32,635 nucleotides of DNA from Octopus bimaculoides (taxonomy: Eukaryota), in NCBI RefSeq assembly GCF_001194135.2, contig NC_068990.1:34540935-34573569 (forward strand), in the 5' to 3' direction. The notes under the pieces were generated by a model that saw nothing but the letters and a program-made list of their open reading frames with translations, searched no databases and was not told the origin of the DNA. Each line of letters begins with the position of its first letter. Within the stretch, counting starts at the first letter, position 1. A program made the position numbers and the translations under genes. Shown here piece by piece: positions 32,415 through 32,635 of this stretch.

Positions 32415-32585
32415 TATACGACGGGCTTCTTTCTGTTTCCGTCTACCAAATCCAGTGTCAAGGCTCCGGTTGGCTCGAGGCAACAGCAGAACACACTTGC
32501 CCAAGGTGATACGCAGTGGTACTGAAGCCGGAACCATGTGGTTAGAATGCAAGCTTCTTACCATACAGTCACACCCGCGCCTATG
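32415..32585 (-). mobile_element. 5' half of CORE-type SINE with tRNA-like head
   Basis: Reverse complement GGCGCGGGTGTGACTGTATGGTAAGAAGCTTGCATTCTAACCACATGGTTCCGGCTTCAGTACCACTGCGTATCACCTTGGGCAAGTGTGTTCTG (CORE-like CCTTGGGCAAG)..GGATTTGGTAGACGGAAACAGAAAGAAGCCCGTCGT. Confidence 0.85.
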
Positions 32586-32635
32586 TAGCCACACCTGCGC
32601 CCATGTAGCTACCCCTGCGCCTACATATATATATA

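Noticed and set aside
1-32635. CRISPR arrays, operons, defence systems or other prokaryotic features
   Set aside because: No regularly spaced repeat-spacer array or gene-dense coding; the sequence is clearly animal repeat-rich DNA.

Overview
Eukaryotic, repeat-saturated intronic or intergenic DNA from a gapped draft assembly (13 N-gaps). The organism is most likely an octopus: I recognise the SINE families from memory as octopod OR/OK-type tRNA-SINEs, and microsatellite density is extreme. No host protein-coding gene, rRNA, tRNA or CRISPR array can be supported, and almost all long ORFs in the supplied track are artefacts of microsatellites or N-runs. What can be supported: decayed DNA transposons (pogo/POGK-like 3066-3756; near full-length mariner 21966-23187; near full-length Tc1 28421-29599; a 127-bp TA-flanked MITE; a hAT-like end), two LINE remnants (CR1-like RT 3757-4815; a probable RTE-type 3' end with three C2H2 fingers 19338-19718), about 18 SINE fragments of at least four families, and two Penelope-like terminal fragments. 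The most interesting items are a minimal hammerhead-ribozyme-like motif with a non-canonical core (32264-32300, homologue near 10490), a ~310-bp foldback with a 54/55-bp inner stem (16517-16825), the zinc-finger LINE tail, modular SINE tail swapping, and one weak candidate exon (7515-7633). Family names are recalled, not from database searches.
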